A stretch of 30,882 nucleotides of DNA from a virus (Duplodnaviria > Heunggongvirae > Uroviricota > Caudoviricetes): the IMG/VR virus record IMGVR_UViG_3300044858_003749. The stretch is one strand, 5' to 3'. Every line of letters begins with the position of its first letter. Positions within the stretch are counted from its first letter, which is position 1. The notes below the pieces were generated by a model that saw only the letters and a program-made list of their open reading frames with translations, was not told the DNA's origin and searched no databases. Of this stretch, positions 15,759-24,807 are shown in pieces. The position numbers were made by a program, and so were the translations under genes.

Positions 15759-16539
15759 TGAGTTATTTGCTCATGCAAGTACAAGCAGTTGGTATAATGA
15801 ATCAGAATTATTTGAATGGTTAAGAGAGTACGATAAAGACTTTCTTGTTTTTACCGATAACTCAATTATGTTATCAGATTCTTATGATAATAAAAGAAAA
15901 TATGCCTGGCTTGTTGAATCACCTGAGATAAATCCAAACATATACGACTACATAAAAGTCAATTCGGATAAGTTCAATCTAGTATTTACTTTTGATAAAG
16001 AGCTACTAGAATTATCATCAAAATTTAAAGTAGCTCCTTTTGGTGGTTGTTGGATTAACGAAGAAGATAGAAAAATTCACAACAAGACCAAGTTGTTATC
16101 GGCTATTTTCTCATCAAAAAGATCAACTTCTGGTCATTCTCTTAGAGCCGAAATAGAAGCTAATATTCCTAATTTAGATTACTTTGGTAATAAAAATAGA
16201 ATTGAAAATAAGATAGAAGGACTAAGAGATTATCACTTCTCTGTTGTAGTAGAAAACACTAAAAGAGATTATTACTTCACTGAGAAGCTAATTGATTGTT
16301 TTGTAACTGGAACCATCCCAATTTATTGGGGTTGCCCTTCAATTGGAAATTTCTTTGATTCCGAAGGTATAATAACTTTTGATACAGTAGACGAGCTTAG
16401 GAATATTATTGGCACCCTAACCGTTGAACAATATGAAGCCAAACTAGAAGCAGTTAAAAACAACTTTGTTATCGCAAAAAATTACTTAATCTGTGACGAT
16501 ATAATTTACAAAATACTAAAAAGACAGGAGAACCTATAA
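15724..16539 (+). CDS. alpha-1,3-fucosyltransferase-like glycosyltransferase (GT10)
   Basis: YHFSVVVENTKRDYYFTEKLIDCFVTGTIPIYWG motif. Confidence 0.85.
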   Translation: MNYMKKTLYIHDELFAHASTSSWYNESELFEWLREYDKDFLVFTDNSIMLSDSYDNKRKYAWLVESPEINPNIYDYIKVNSDKFNLVFTFDKELLELSSKFKVAPFGGCWINEEDRKIHNKTKLLSAIFSSKRSTSGHSLRAEIEANIPNLDYFGNKNRIENKIEGLRDYHFSVVVENTKRDYYFTEKLIDCFVTGTIPIYWGCPSIGNFFDSEGIITFDTVDELRNIIGTLTVEQYEAKLEAVKNNFVIAKNYLICDDIIYKILKRQENL

Positions 16540-16540
16540 A

Positions 16541-17152
16541 ATGTTATTAAATTTTAGAGACTTAAAAACCAAGTATAATATGAATATTACTGGTATTATT
16601 CATATTGGTGGTCATTATGGAGAGGAGATACCAGAATACATTTCCAATGGTATTAATGATATTCTTGTGTTTGAACCACTATCGGAGAACTTCAGAGTCC
16701 TCTCTGAGAATGTAAAAAATCTGAGTGGTAACATTCATCTGTTTAATGTTGCTCTTGGGAATAGTGCCGGCCGGGCTACAATGTATGTTAGTGATAATGA
16801 GATGCAGAGTAGTTCAATTCTTCTTCCAAAGGTCCATTTAACACACCACCCAAATGTTGGATTCCCTACAACGGAAGAAGTGCAAGTTTGTGTTCTGGAT
16901 TCTTATGATACTAAAGGATACAATTTTATTAACATGGATGTTCAGGGTTATGAGCTAGAGGTTCTAAAGGGTGCAAGAGGAACATTGGCTCACGTTGACT
17001 ATGTTTATTGTGAAGTCAATAGAGCCGAGGTTTATGAGAATAACGCCTACGTTGAAGATCTGGATGACTTTTTATCTCAGTACAATATGGTGAGAGTTGA
17101 AACCGATTGGGCTGGCGAAATTTGGGGCGATGCTCTTTATGTTAGAAACTGA
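16541..17152 (+). CDS. FkbM-family SAM methyltransferase
   Basis: IIHIGGHYGEE, VFEPL, FNVALG, INMDVQGYELEVLKG, YVYCEV. Confidence 0.9.
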   Translation: MLLNFRDLKTKYNMNITGIIHIGGHYGEEIPEYISNGINDILVFEPLSENFRVLSENVKNLSGNIHLFNVALGNSAGRATMYVSDNEMQSSSILLPKVHLTHHPNVGFPTTEEVQVCVLDSYDTKGYNFINMDVQGYELEVLKGARGTLAHVDYVYCEVNRAEVYENNAYVEDLDDFLSQYNMVRVETDWAGEIWGDALYVRN

Positions 17153-17153
17153 A

Positions 17154-17792
17154 ATGAAAACATTAAACGATTATTTTGAAGGTGTCTTTTGTGTTAATTT
17201 GGAGAAAAGATCTGACCGATGGGCAACTTGTAAAAAAGAATTTACCAAGCATAATATAGTAGCTCATAGATATTCTGCTGTTGATGGTAAAAGCCTAAAT
17301 GAAGAGGTTTTTCCGAATTTAAGGAAGTTTGAGACGCCTGGTCAATTGGGTTGTCTTCTTTCTCAATATAATGTTATCAAGATCGCAAAAATGTGTAAAT
17401 ACTCTTCCGTTCTTATAATGGAAGATGACGTTGAATTTTGTGATGATTTCAATGAACAGTTAGAAATCAAAATGCAAGATGTTCCAAAAGATTGGGATAT
17501 GTTATTCTTCGGTGCCAATCACATCTTACACCCTATAAAAATTACTGATAATGTTTATAGAATGACAAGGGCTTATTCCGCTCATTGTTATGCAATAAAA
17601 GATAATATTTACGATACTCTTTTAGAATCATTATCACAATTCAGAGAACCCTTAGATGTAATTTATGCGAATCTTCAGCCAACGATTAACTCTTATGTTA
17701 TCAATCCACATCTAGTCTGGCAGCGCCCAGGATATTCTGATATTTGTGAGTTGAATGTAGATTATAGGCACGTCCACAAAGTTTCGTTCTAA
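17154..17792 (+). CDS. GT25-family glycosyltransferase
   Basis: CVNLEKRSDRW, SAVDG, LGCLLSQ, IMEDDV, WDMLFFG; ATG 17154. Confidence 0.85.
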   Translation: MKTLNDYFEGVFCVNLEKRSDRWATCKKEFTKHNIVAHRYSAVDGKSLNEEVFPNLRKFETPGQLGCLLSQYNVIKIAKMCKYSSVLIMEDDVEFCDDFNEQLEIKMQDVPKDWDMLFFGANHILHPIKITDNVYRMTRAYSAHCYAIKDNIYDTLLESLSQFREPLDVIYANLQPTINSYVINPHLVWQRPGYSDICELNVDYRHVHKVSF

Positions 17793-17794
17793 CT

Positions 17795-18445
17795 ATGTAC
17801 AATAATGTAACAATGGTTTTGACAAGTTGTAATAGACTTGATCTGTTAGAAATCACAATTAATTCTATACCAAAAGAGACATTAGATAAAATTCCAAAGA
17901 AGATTCTTATTGATGATTCTGCCGATGTACAATGTTTCTCAGAGCTAGAAAAACAAAAAGAATCAGGATATCTGCAAAACTGGACACTACTTTTCAATCA
18001 AGAAAAACTGGGCCAGGCCGGAAGTATAGATAGAGCCTATGCCGAAGTTGAAACAGAATACGTTTTTCATTGTGAAGATGATTGGTATTTTACCAATGGA
18101 GACTTTATTGATAGATCTTTAAAAATCTTAGACAAATACGATAACGTTCTTCAGGTAACTTTTAGAGAAGGTGAACCTCATAAATCTGCCGATGAGATAT
18201 ATGAATCAGACCAAGACCATGCTTTTAAGGTATGGATTCCTGGATGGCAAGGTTATCCAGGATTCACTTATAATCCAAATATCTTTCGGATCAGTGCTTA
18301 TCAAGAAGTAAAACCCATTTGTGGTGTTAGCGAAAGAGATGTTGGGTTTAAATACGTTTCCATGGGCTGGCACACTGTCGTTTTAGAAAATAGATCTGTT
18401 CGCCACATTGGAGACGGAAGGCATGTTCAAAATTATGTTGTTTAA
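17795..18445 (+). CDS. GT-A (GT2-like) glycosyltransferase
   Basis: LTSCNR, ILIDDS, VFHCEDDW, RHIG. Confidence 0.75.
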   Translation: MYNNVTMVLTSCNRLDLLEITINSIPKETLDKIPKKILIDDSADVQCFSELEKQKESGYLQNWTLLFNQEKLGQAGSIDRAYAEVETEYVFHCEDDWYFTNGDFIDRSLKILDKYDNVLQVTFREGEPHKSADEIYESDQDHAFKVWIPGWQGYPGFTYNPNIFRISAYQEVKPICGVSERDVGFKYVSMGWHTVVLENRSVRHIGDGRHVQNYVV

Positions 18446-18456
18446 TCAAGAATAAG

Positions 18457-19098
18457 ATGGTAAATTGTCAAGAATATTCTAATAATGGACACACTGTTAT
18501 TATGGAAAATCATCTAGGGGGATTTGAAACTTCCACCGAAAGTTTTCCTAACGGTGATATGAATACTTTCAGCCCTAAACTTTGGGCGTATATTATTAAA
18601 AAATATAAAATTAAATCTGTTATTGATGTTGGGTGTGGAATGGGATTCTCTCTTGTAGAATTCCTTAAACATTGTGAAGATGTTGTCGGTATTGATGGCT
18701 CTCCATATGCTCTTCAAAATTCACCAGTAAAAGATCATATTTTTGCTCATGATTATAGCAAGGGTGAGCTAGAGACCGAGGATCGTTATGATCTTTGTTG
18801 GTCTTGTGAATTCGTAGAGCATGTTAATGAAGAGTACCGAGATAACTTTCTTTCAACATTTGCTTTTTCTAAGTATGTTGCAATGACATTCGCAGAACCA
18901 GGACAACCAGGACATCATCATGTGAATTGTCAACCACAAGAATATTGGGTTGAACATTTAGCTCGCTTCGGGTTCAAATATGACGAAAAAGCAACCACAT
19001 ACATGAGAAGTGTTGCTAAGAAAGAAGGCGAAGAAGATGGTTATTTTAAGTATTTTGAAAAAACTGGACTATTTTTTGTAAAAGAGGATTTAACATGA
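18457..19098 (+). CDS. class I SAM-dependent methyltransferase
   Basis: VIDVGCGMG, GIDGS, YDLCWSCEFVEHV, GHHHVNCQP. Confidence 0.85.
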   Translation: MVNCQEYSNNGHTVIMENHLGGFETSTESFPNGDMNTFSPKLWAYIIKKYKIKSVIDVGCGMGFSLVEFLKHCEDVVGIDGSPYALQNSPVKDHIFAHDYSKGELETEDRYDLCWSCEFVEHVNEEYRDNFLSTFAFSKYVAMTFAEPGQPGHHHVNCQPQEYWVEHLARFGFKYDEKATTYMRSVAKKEGEEDGYFKYFEKTGLFFVKEDLT

Positions 19099-19868
19099 AG
19101 AATGAAACCGTTGGTGCGCTCATGATGGTCAAAGATGAAATTGACATTATTGAGCATAATATCAATTATCTTTCAACCCAAGAATTAGATTTAATCTGTG
19201 TGTATGATAATAATTCTACAGACGGAACCGGAGAAAAATTAAGTTGGTTATCTGATATTCATGACGAACTTCTCGTTCTGAATGATTCGGTTGTCGGTTA
19301 TTACCAGGCCGATAAGATGAACAAATGGGCTAATGAAATATTTCAAGACGATATTGATGTTGTCATTCCTATTGATGCTGATGAGATATGGTATTCTAAA
19401 AATCCAAATTGTACTCTAGGTGGTGCTATTAGAGCAACCGATGCTGATATTTTTGTGGCTAGATCTATGGATTATATCCCCACTCTTCTGGATAATTTTG
19501 GTGAACCTAATTTTATTAAAAGGATGAAGTATAGAAAGAAGGATTCTAATTCCTTTAACGCTGTTGCATTTAATTACAGCCCAGAGTTTTGGTTGGAAAT
19601 GGGAAATCATAATGTTCTTAATCATCCAGGAGACAGAGTTTCCGACGTTATTGGCATCCGACATTATCAATACCGAAGTTTTGATCAATTTAGAAAAAAA
19701 GTTAGTAACGGTAAAAAAGCCTACGATGCGACAAATCTTCCAGAATATATGGGAAGCCATTGGCGTAAATTAGGGGCTATGACTAATGATGAGTTGCGTG
19801 AATATTGGTTTGATTATTGCGTTGACTCGGTTGTAAATGATCCCTTTGTCGCTAAGAATTATGCCTAG
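19095..19868 (+). CDS. GT2-family glycosyltransferase
   Basis: MMVKDEIDII, YDNNSTDGT, PIDADE, RHYQYRS. Confidence 0.85.
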   Translation: MKNETVGALMMVKDEIDIIEHNINYLSTQELDLICVYDNNSTDGTGEKLSWLSDIHDELLVLNDSVVGYYQADKMNKWANEIFQDDIDVVIPIDADEIWYSKNPNCTLGGAIRATDADIFVARSMDYIPTLLDNFGEPNFIKRMKYRKKDSNSFNAVAFNYSPEFWLEMGNHNVLNHPGDRVSDVIGIRHYQYRSFDQFRKKVSNGKKAYDATNLPEYMGSHWRKLGAMTNDELREYWFDYCVDSVVNDPFVAKNYA

Positions 19869-20562
19869 ATTATCTCTAGCTATTCCTACGTGTGGCTATC
19901 ACGGTAAAGGTGATGCTCTATTGGATGATTTATTAAGAACTGTTCAGATACAATCTTTTAAAGATTTTGAGATCGTTATTTCTGATCACAGTGAAGATGA
20001 TAAGATTGAAACAAAAGTGCAAGAGTTTTCAGAACTCTTTGATGTAAAATATCATAGAAATTCTGATAAAAGAGGGAATAGTCCCGCGAATCTTAATAAA
20101 GCAATCTCTTTGTGTACTGGTGAAATCATCAAGATTATGTTTCAAGACGACTTCTTTTATGACGATGAAGCCTTTGAGAAGATTTATTATAATCTAGCTG
20201 GTGACGATTCAAAGTCTTGGTTATTATGTGGAACAAATCACACTCAAGACAATGGGCATAATTTCTGTTGGGATATTTTTCCACGATTTAATGATAATTT
20301 ATTAGACGGTGTGAATACAATTAGTTCGCCTTCCGTTGTCGCATTTAAAAAAGATGTGCTAGTAAGATTTGACGAGGATCTGATCTATCTTATGGATATT
20401 GATTTTTATTATAACATGAGAAGGACTCATGGTGAACCGATTTATTATGACGATATATTAGTCACCAATAGAATCCACCAAGATAGTATCTCTAGCAATA
20501 TTACAAATAGAGAAGAACTTCTTGAAAATGAGTCCATTTATTGTAAGAAAAAATATGATTGA
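19861..20562 (+). CDS. GT2-family glycosyltransferase
   Basis: LSLAIPT, EIVISDHS, NLNKAI, MFQDD; ATG 19861 overlaps the previous stop. Confidence 0.85.
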   Translation: MPRLSLAIPTCGYHGKGDALLDDLLRTVQIQSFKDFEIVISDHSEDDKIETKVQEFSELFDVKYHRNSDKRGNSPANLNKAISLCTGEIIKIMFQDDFFYDDEAFEKIYYNLAGDDSKSWLLCGTNHTQDNGHNFCWDIFPRFNDNLLDGVNTISSPSVVAFKKDVLVRFDEDLIYLMDIDFYYNMRRTHGEPIYYDDILVTNRIHQDSISSNITNREELLENESIYCKKKYD

Positions 20563-21139
20563 TTTTATCGTACCAAGTCTTGGTCGGGAAACTCTTCCAA
20601 ATTCCACCAACTCTTTACTTAATCAAACAAATCCAAATTGGCGATGTTATGTTGGTTTTGATGGTCTGGATGAAAACCAAATTTCTTCTGATCTTCTTGT
20701 TGAAGATTCCAGAATTCAATACTTATATCTAAAAGAAAAATTGGGAACTTCTGAGTTTCATGGTAATGCTGGTAGAGTTCGCAACAGAATAATGGAATCT
20801 ATTGAGAATCCTTCCGAATGGACTGGTTTTCTGGATGATGACGATGCTCTTTCCCAGTATTACGTTGAGATTCTAAATAACGAATTAGAAAAAGAAGCCT
20901 GTGATTGTTATGTTTTTAGAATGAATCATGGTGGAAATATCATTCCGCCTTTTGATATGAATGTTCTCCAACAGAATTTTGTTGGTATTTCTTTTTGTGT
21001 TAGAACTAAATTCTTAAAAAGCCACAATATCGGTTTCGTAAATAACAATGCAGAAGATTTTCTTTTTCTACAAGAGATTCATAAAAATGGTGGCAAAATA
21101 AAAATTCTTCCTGTTGTTGGTTATTTTGTTAGAGTATAA
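20555..21139 (+). CDS. GT2-like glycosyltransferase
   Basis: FIVPSLGR, VGFDG, AGRVRN, GFLDDDD; ATG 20555. Confidence 0.75.
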   Translation: MIDFIVPSLGRETLPNSTNSLLNQTNPNWRCYVGFDGLDENQISSDLLVEDSRIQYLYLKEKLGTSEFHGNAGRVRNRIMESIENPSEWTGFLDDDDALSQYYVEILNNELEKEACDCYVFRMNHGGNIIPPFDMNVLQQNFVGISFCVRTKFLKSHNIGFVNNNAEDFLFLQEIHKNGGKIKILPVVGYFVRV

Positions 21140-21927
21140 TGGATAGAAATAAAGCATCTTATAAATTACAAGGATTCGGTCCTGTATATTATATCAATTT
21201 GGACGATAAAGAAGACCGAAAGGTTTTCATGGAGCAACAATTTGAACATTGGGATATTAAAAATTATGAACGAATTTCTGCTTTTGATGGAAGAAATAGT
21301 GATCTAAGTGAACACATTATCGGTAAGTATCCTGAAGGAATAACGACTCCCGAGCTAGGATGTACTTTATCACATTTGAAGGCTATAAAGCATTGGTATG
21401 ACACGTCTGATACTCCTTATGCGATCATTTGTGAGGATGATTGTCTGATTGATAATGCAAAGCATTGGAGCTTTACCTGGCAGGAATTCATGTCTAGAGT
21501 TCCTTATTGCTGGGATTGTCTACAATTAGCGATCATATCAACGGGGAATATCTCAGTCAATATCCACACGAGATTTGTTAACAATTTCTCCACTGCGATA
21601 TACTGTATTAATCGTAGATACGCAGAGAAGTTATTGTCATTTCATTGTAAAGGTAATAAATTTAAATTGGATCAAAATATCAAGCCAAGAGCGGTTGCCG
21701 ACGATTTGATCTATAATGGTGGCCTGACCTTCTCATCACCAATATTTTTGTATGAGTTACGATTAGGAAGTTCAATACATGGTGAGCATTTGGATTTATT
21801 TCATAAGAAATCTTATGAAGGTCTGAGCAATTTTTGGTTTAATCAAGGAAAAGATATGTCTTTGGAACAAATAACTTTCTTTGATCCTTATTTCAGTAGA
21901 ATTACAAACCCTGAACCCGTAGAGTGA
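21139..21927 (+). CDS. GT25-family glycosyltransferase
   Basis: YYINLDDKEDRK, ISAFDGR, ELGCTLSHLKAI, ICEDD. Confidence 0.85.
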   Translation: MDRNKASYKLQGFGPVYYINLDDKEDRKVFMEQQFEHWDIKNYERISAFDGRNSDLSEHIIGKYPEGITTPELGCTLSHLKAIKHWYDTSDTPYAIICEDDCLIDNAKHWSFTWQEFMSRVPYCWDCLQLAIISTGNISVNIHTRFVNNFSTAIYCINRRYAEKLLSFHCKGNKFKLDQNIKPRAVADDLIYNGGLTFSSPIFLYELRLGSSIHGEHLDLFHKKSYEGLSNFWFNQGKDMSLEQITFFDPYFSRITNPEPVE

Positions 21928-22005
21928 CAGTCTAAAAATCGTCCACTTGACAAGCATCGCGTTTCGTGGTAAAGTGTCAGCGAACTCAAAAGGTTCACAT
22001 AAATA
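21926..22005 (+). promoter_or_regulatory. tandem early (sigma70-like) and late promoters
   Basis: GACA-N10-CGTCCAC, TTGACA 21947-21952, 17 nt, TGg-TAAAGT 21967-21975; ATAAATA 21999-22005. Confidence 0.65.
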
Positions 22006-22034
22006 CTATTTCGTAATGAATTAGTATGAAACCA

Positions 22035-22102
22035 AGAGCCGTGGATGAAGATCAACTGGGAAGTTGATAGTGACACTTCGTCAATGCGCGGATGCCGAAT
22101 TC
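22035..22102 (+). ncRNA. structured 5' leader (candidate cis-regulatory RNA)
   Basis: Nested stems CCGTG/CGCGG, GATGAAG/CTTCGTC and ATCAACT-GGGA-AGTTGAT (GNRA loop). Confidence 0.55.
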
Positions 22103-22113
22103 AGTAAAAATTA

Positions 22114-22587
22114 ATGCTTTTTAACGACAAAATTTTAACACTTTTTGCTTGTGGTGCTGTTGGAGCCGCAACAATGACTCCAATGACTTCACAGGCAATT
22201 TCTGTATCTACTTACAATCCTGACTCGTTTAATTATCAAACAAAATGGGACAGAGAGTTTGAACAAAAAACTCCAACATATAAAACTCCTCTAGCGAGTG
22301 TGTATTACGGTCAGGCAAGTTGGTACGGTCCAGGTTTTTATGGAAACACCACAGCTAATGGTGAAGTTTATCGTCCAGGCACAATGACTGCCGCTCACCG
22401 TTCACTTCCTTTTGGCACCAAAGTTCGGGTTACCAACCTCAATAATGGCCGCTCAAGAATCGTAAGAATCAACGATCGCGGTCCTTATGTTGGTGGCCGA
22501 ATTCTGGATCTCTCGGAATCAGCAGCACAATCTTTAGGTGTTATTAATTCCGGTGTGGCTTCCGTAAAAGTTGAAGTGTTAAATTGA
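22114..22587 (+). CDS. rlpA: RlpA-like lytic transglycosylase (DPBB domain) with N-terminal signal/anchor
   Basis: GQASWYG, TANGE, TAAHRSLPFGTKVRVTNLNNG, VRINDRGPY, RILDLS. Confidence 0.92.
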   Translation: MLFNDKILTLFACGAVGAATMTPMTSQAISVSTYNPDSFNYQTKWDREFEQKTPTYKTPLASVYYGQASWYGPGFYGNTTANGEVYRPGTMTAAHRSLPFGTKVRVTNLNNGRSRIVRINDRGPYVGGRILDLSESAAQSLGVINSGVASVKVEVLN

Positions 22588-22597
22588 GCCGGAACTA

Positions 22598-23053
22598 ATG
22601 TTTTATCAAATAGAAGAAGTACGCTTTATACAACCTGATTATTATCAGGTTTTTTCTAACAATAGAGAAAAATTCAATAGGTTTAACGGATACCGCAATA
22701 ATTGCGCAAATACAGTAAGAACCTTTCTTACTCTTTTAGGTTACGATTCCTCAGACGTAACAGCCTGGGCGGATACGATTAGAAACGTGGGTCATATATC
22801 TTATGATCCAAATAAACTAAAAGAAGGTGATATTGTGGCCATGGGCCGCCCCGGTGATACCTGGCATGTTGGTGTTTATCTCGGAGATGGAAAGGTTTTA
22901 CATCAATCTGCAATGAGAGGCTACAATGTCGGGGTCTATAATGATCTCAATGCCTTTATCAATGACCGAAGAGGATTTTACTTTGTAAGACCGACAAGTT
23001 CTTATAAAAAGATTCTAGAAAATCAATTCTATGCCTTTCCGACCGTCTCATAA
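22598..23053 (+). CDS. NlpC/P60-superfamily cysteine hydrolase
   Basis: NNCANTV (Cys), KEGDIV, WHVGVYLGDGKVLHQS (His). Confidence 0.8.
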   Translation: MFYQIEEVRFIQPDYYQVFSNNREKFNRFNGYRNNCANTVRTFLTLLGYDSSDVTAWADTIRNVGHISYDPNKLKEGDIVAMGRPGDTWHVGVYLGDGKVLHQSAMRGYNVGVYNDLNAFINDRRGFYFVRPTSSYKKILENQFYAFPTVS

Positions 23054-23056
23054 ATA
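23050..23056 (+). promoter_or_regulatory. late promoter ATAAATA
   Basis: Consensus match about 20 nt upstream of ORF 23076. Confidence 0.55.
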
Positions 23057-23075
23057 GAACAAAACGTTCTACTTT

Positions 23076-23285
23076 ATGATTGGTTTTATTACAGAAGATG
23101 GTTATGCGGCGGTTCCTTTCGGTAAAGAACTTATGATAATTTACGACGGAAAACAATTGGACGTTGTAAAAACAGTCAAAAAAGCGAGAGACTATATCGC
23201 TAACCATAAAACCAATTCCGAAACTGTCCAACCCACACCCAAAAAGTCAGCTAGTTCTGCTAGAGTGAGAAAAACTAAAACATGA
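23076..23285 (+). CDS. conserved cyanophage-type small protein
   Basis: GYAAVPFG..LMIIYDGKQL; ORF track. Confidence 0.7.
   Translation: MIGFITEDGYAAVPFGKELMIIYDGKQLDVVKTVKKARDYIANHKTNSETVQPTPKKSASSARVRKTKT
23211..23266 (+). promoter_or_regulatory. early promoter with upstream box (inside a CDS)
   Basis: ACCA-N10-TGTCCAA (23211-23231); TGc-TAGAGT 23258-23266, same spacing as the other copies. Confidence 0.55.
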
Positions 23286-23488
23286 ACATATTACTCGCCG
23301 AATACATTGCTATTTGCAACACTTTAAACTTTCTTTATGAGTTAGTGGATGAGACAAAAACACCAAAGATTTCTAATAATATTAGAGAAAAAGCAAGAAT
23401 GTGTTTGAAGAATTATCCAAACCCAACGACATTAAAAGAATTATACGATAAGACTGATTCTTATCACAAAATTCCTAAAAGGTATTAA
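23282..23488 (+). CDS. hypothetical protein
   Basis: ATGA overlap; ORF track. Confidence 0.6.
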   Translation: MNILLAEYIAICNTLNFLYELVDETKTPKISNNIREKARMCLKNYPNPTTLKELYDKTDSYHKIPKRY

Positions 23489-23492
23489 GAAT

Positions 23493-23654
23493 ATGGAATT
23501 TCTACTAGCCACTGTAATTACTTGTTCCCAATTAAATGTTATTTTGTTAAGACTTAATAATAGTCTTGACTTAACACCGAAACAAAAAATAGAAGTGGTT
23601 AGGGAATTGTCTGCATTTGTTAAAACGTGTCCTATAGTAATTAAAAAAGGCTAA
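23493..23654 (+). CDS. 53-aa hypothetical protein (MEFLLATVITCSQ..KTCPIVIKKG)
   Basis: Read by eye; TAATG overlap with the next gene. Confidence 0.6.
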   Translation: MEFLLATVITCSQLNVILLRLNNSLDLTPKQKIEVVRELSAFVKTCPIVIKKG

Positions 23655-23902
23655 TGAATTCAATCTACTATTATTCGCTCTTTACTGTATTCGGTATTGT
23701 CGCATTTATGATTGTTGTGGATAAGAATGTGGGAGAATACCTACTCCTTTCTATTAAGATGTTGAAGATTAATATTGAGCGTTTAAAGTGGATGACCATT
23801 TATCACCCAAATAATCCTATTACTACTTGGTGGATGAATCGCAAGTTGAAAAAATTTATTAAGGAAATGCAGGCCAGATCAGAAACTGTCCAGTCTGAAT
23901 GA
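23654..23902 (+). CDS. small membrane protein, cyanophage-type
   Basis: N-terminal TM; HPNNPITTWWM motif. Confidence 0.65.
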   Translation: MNSIYYYSLFTVFGIVAFMIVVDKNVGEYLLLSIKMLKINIERLKWMTIYHPNNPITTWWMNRKLKKFIKEMQARSETVQSE

Positions 23903-23928
23903 GAGGCAGACCGAACATGTGCTATACT
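23873..23928 (+). promoter_or_regulatory. early promoter with upstream box
   Basis: GCCA-N10-TGTCCAG (23873-23893); TGc-TATACT 23920-23928. Confidence 0.65.
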
Positions 23929-23948
23929 GATTTCAGTTGCGAAAGACC

Positions 23949-24503
23949 ATGCCTGAAATCTTTGATAGTGAGAATCTAACAGAACGCATTAACAAGATCC
24001 GAAAAGAAGGAGAAGATTCAACAGAATTTACACTAGAATTTCTCCAGTGTTTAATGGAGAGGCATAATCTAGGGTTTTCAATTCCTACCGACTTTTCAGA
24101 TCCAGATGTTCCTCAAATTATTTTTGAAACTCTTACTTCTGGTGAATTGCCAACAAAGGAACAAATTCTTTTGATGGATAGTGATACACAAAATCATCTT
24201 ATTATTGAGTTGATTTGGTTGTGTGGTATGTACGCAATCCATAATTACTCTGTTGAATGGGGTGAAGACTACCTAGAATCTATTTTGGCGATGTTAGATG
24301 TTGATGCCGGACATTTCATCGGTTGTTATCTAATTTCCGTTTTTACTCTTTTAATGGGGACAGTTCCTTCTATAAGTCTCGTAGAATCACTGACTAATAA
24401 TTTTGACTGTTCACCAGAAATCTTGAATAAGACTCAGGATATTTTTCTTGAGACTGCTTATTCTATTCTTCTTCGTTGGAAAGAAGACCAACAACATTAC
24501 TAA
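23949..24503 (+). CDS. acidic helical hypothetical protein
   Basis: ATG 23949 (MPEIF) just downstream of the promoter. Confidence 0.65.
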   Translation: MPEIFDSENLTERINKIRKEGEDSTEFTLEFLQCLMERHNLGFSIPTDFSDPDVPQIIFETLTSGELPTKEQILLMDSDTQNHLIIELIWLCGMYAIHNYSVEWGEDYLESILAMLDVDAGHFIGCYLISVFTLLMGTVPSISLVESLTNNFDCSPEILNKTQDIFLETAYSILLRWKEDQQHY

Positions 24504-24535
24504 TCTATTATCAATTTATCCAAGGAGATTTAATT

Positions 24536-24757
24536 ATGGCTTTATCTGAAAGTGTGGAGCAAAGTCTTGACGAGGCTTCTTCGGCTCTTAAAAATGCTCT
24601 CGCTTATTCCGCAAGACAAGAAGCACCCTTTGTGTCCGTTGGGATCGCAAATATGATTCAAACAATTGAAAGTATTAAACAGGCCGATAAGTTTCAGGAC
24701 AAGGTGCAGGACTTTATTAACAAAAATAATAATATTGACGGATTTTTTAATTCATAA
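24536..24757 (+). CDS. conserved cyanophage-type small protein (MALSESVEQSLDEA..)
   Basis: AGGAG SD, then ATG 24536. Confidence 0.7.
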   Translation: MALSESVEQSLDEASSALKNALAYSARQEAPFVSVGIANMIQTIESIKQADKFQDKVQDFINKNNNIDGFFNS

Positions 24758-24807
24758 TTTCAGCTCTTAATATTGGGAATCTATTGTTTTGGAATTGAAT
24801 AATTATT

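Noticed and set aside
13774-21927. Window as a bacterial chromosome O-antigen locus or prophage flank
   Set aside because: No wzx/wzy/ABC export or housekeeping genes. The same strand, composition and phage promoter motifs continue on both sides, so the cluster is part of the phage.
22035-22102. rlpA leader as a c-di-AMP (ydaO) or SAM-I riboswitch
   Set aside because: The genetic context suits ydaO and the AAGAG and GGATGCCGAATTC segments faintly echo SAM-I, but the required multi-stem cores and conserved motifs of both are missing.
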